DNA of 48,379 nt. Source: Chiloscyllium plagiosum. Taxonomy: Eukaryota. The stretch covers positions 8,036,747-8,085,125 of the forward strand of contig NC_057754.1 of NCBI RefSeq assembly GCF_004010195.1, written 5' to 3'. Shown here in pieces: positions 46,271-48,379 of the stretch. The translations under genes were made by a program, and so were the position numbers. A model generated the notes under the pieces. That model had not been told where the DNA came from and did no database searches. It saw only the letters and a program-made list of their open reading frames with translations. The first letter of the stretch is position 1. Every line of letters starts with the position of its first letter.

Positions 46271-48309
46271 AATCAATTTGATTCCGGTCGACAGAGGACA
46301 GTTTTTAAAAGATGATTAGTTAAATTGCTCGGTCTTTAGTTGCCTGCTGGATATTAAGCTGTGAATAAGCACTTGGGGAACTGGGTTATTCCTGTTGTGC
46401 CAAACAAAGTCATGATTTACGGATGTTAGTGCTGGTTGCTTGCCACAAGCAGCATGAAGTGGAAGGGAAATCAAAACAAAAGAATGGATTATTAATTATT
46501 TGCGACAACAAAAAGAAACAGCTTAGTCTTGTGCCTCACAATAGTCAAGTCGAAAGGTAAACTGAGGCATGAGGGTGCGTTGCAGGAGCAGACGAGTTGA
46601 GGTGAGGTGGAGCTTGCTGAGCTGATTGGGAACACACCGAGAGCACACAGGACGCGAGGATGGAGAGAGAGCATTGGCGAGCGTGTGGGTGTGCTGAATG
46701 CAGTCAGCCCCCCCCGCCTGGTGCCACCTTCACCCCGGGCTGCTCGTGCACTGCTTAGGAGAACGAGAGGTGATTTACCGAAACGCACAAGGTCCTGAGG
46801 CGGGGTGTTGGTTGAGTTGACCTTTTCCCCTTGGTGGGATGGACCGGAACCAGGGGGGGCACGGTTTCAAAATAAGTGGCCTCCCATTTAACAGGGAGAG
46901 GAGAGGGAGTTTTTTTTCTTCTTAAAGAGGCCTTTGGAACTCTCTTTCCCAGAGACCGGTGGTGAGGTATTGTTTAAAGATAGATTATTGACGAACAAGG
47001 GGGGGGGTCAAAGGTTATTGGCATGGCTGGACCTGGTAGGGTTGGCAGGAAGATGGAGTTGAAGCCACAGTCAGATAAATCCATCGAAGAGCACAGCAGG
47101 CCCAAGGAACTGATTGGCCTCCGCGTGTCCCTACGCTTGTACGACTGACTGCAGGGTGGGCACCTCAGGTGCCAGTCTTGCCCCAATGCTGGCGTTTTCC
47201 GGCCTAAGCGCAGCACAGGATGGGAACGGGATGTGGAGCTCCTTGCTCTGGATAGACTGAGCTGTCCTTTCCATATGGCTCACAGATCAGAGCAAACCCA
47301 AGGTGCCAGGACTCCCTTCCTGAGAAAGATCAGAGGGAGCTTCGACCACGATTCCGACGGATTGATGGAAGGCCTGGGGGCAGGGTAGCCGTAGAGGGGG
47401 GGACCAGTTTAATTCCGCACTTTAACTGAACTCGGAGGTGCTGCCTGAGAGGGCAGCAGTTAAAATCAGAAATGGAATGAGAAAAGGAAAGAGTATTTCC
47501 CAAGAGTCGGGGGGTGGTTTTGGGTTAGTGGGGATATTTGCGTGTCTCTTTCAAAGAGCCAGTGTAAACAGAACACACTGTAATGCCAACTTTCTGAACT
47601 GCACGACTCAATCATTGTATTTGACTTTCACTCTCATCAGCTCTCCCCCCCTGAATCCCACGGGCTTGGAATAGCAGAATTTACCATGGAGCAAAATGTT
47701 CAGCCCATCATGCCTGTCCTGGTTCTATCCCCTAGTGCCAGTCTCCTGTCTTTTCCCCCATATCCCTGCACACTATTCCTACCCAAATGATCATCTAATG
47801 CCCTTTCGTGTGCCCTGCCTTTGCATTAGAACGAACAGTGTACTGTACATCATCCCATCTCGTATCAGTAGAGCTAAACCAGAGAACTGATTAAAAATCA
47901 AGTTGCAGCTTCATGTTAATTTCCAAAACCTCTGCGGCCCGATTCAAGAATAGGGCATGAAAGGGTGGACTTGGTGCTGGGTACTTTGGTTAAATGTTGC
48001 ATCAATGCAAGTACCACAGCTGTGTTTTTCTAAGAAAGGGATAAGCAAATGCAGATTTAATGCTGTGTAGGATGTGCAATTCCAAACCTGACTGTTTTGA
48101 TTTTCAGGCTAATGGGCTGTGCAAACCACATTGCAACCCAGGCCCGGTTGGTTGCAAGGATTATCCTCAGAGGTATTTTGTGTTTAATGGCCTGTTCAGG
48201 AATTTTTAGTGGGTCCCAGGCTATGTATGCAGCCACTGGAAGCTGCAACAGTTCATTCATAGTTTATGAAGGTGCTTTTCGTCAGAGAGTGAGGAGTGGC
48301 CTCTGTTGT

Positions 48310-48310
<1 letters not shown>

Positions 48311-48379
<69 letters not shown>
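48311..48379. repeat. (GT)n microsatellite running off the window end
   Basis: Pure GT run of about 34 units. Confidence 0.97.

Overview
Eukaryotic, repeat-dense DNA, almost certainly from a cartilaginous fish (inferred from HE1-type SINEs and HER1/CR1 LINE tails; probably a shark). The one securely identified coding feature is a 183-bp, phase 0/0, + strand exon of pyruvate carboxylase (PC, biotin carboxylase domain) at 40409-40591. The rest reads as two PC introns, over 40 kb upstream and over 7.7 kb downstream. These hold CR1/HER1, L2/CR1-group and Rex1/Babar LINE fragments, at least two tRNA-derived SINE families, HE1 copies with an expanded 53-bp internal minisatellite, a 967-bp solo LTR with a 4-bp TSD, a TA-flanked pogo/Tigger-like MITE, several minisatellites and two assembly gaps. 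Highlights: (1) short Penelope-type insertions with 11-15 bp TSDs carry minimal hammerhead ribozyme cores, several as inverted hairpins, and intact cores occur only antisense to PC; (2) three well-bounded, phase-compatible minus-strand exon candidates straddle the PC exon, possibly an interleaved antisense gene (LRFN4 is nested antisense in the next intron in human); (3) a diverged 33-bp repeat shows synonymous-like variation in a minus-strand Ser/Thr-rich 11-aa frame; (4) a TGACAG plus Pbx-Hox motif cluster. Repeat family names come from recognition, not database searches, and boundaries of old repeats are approximate.
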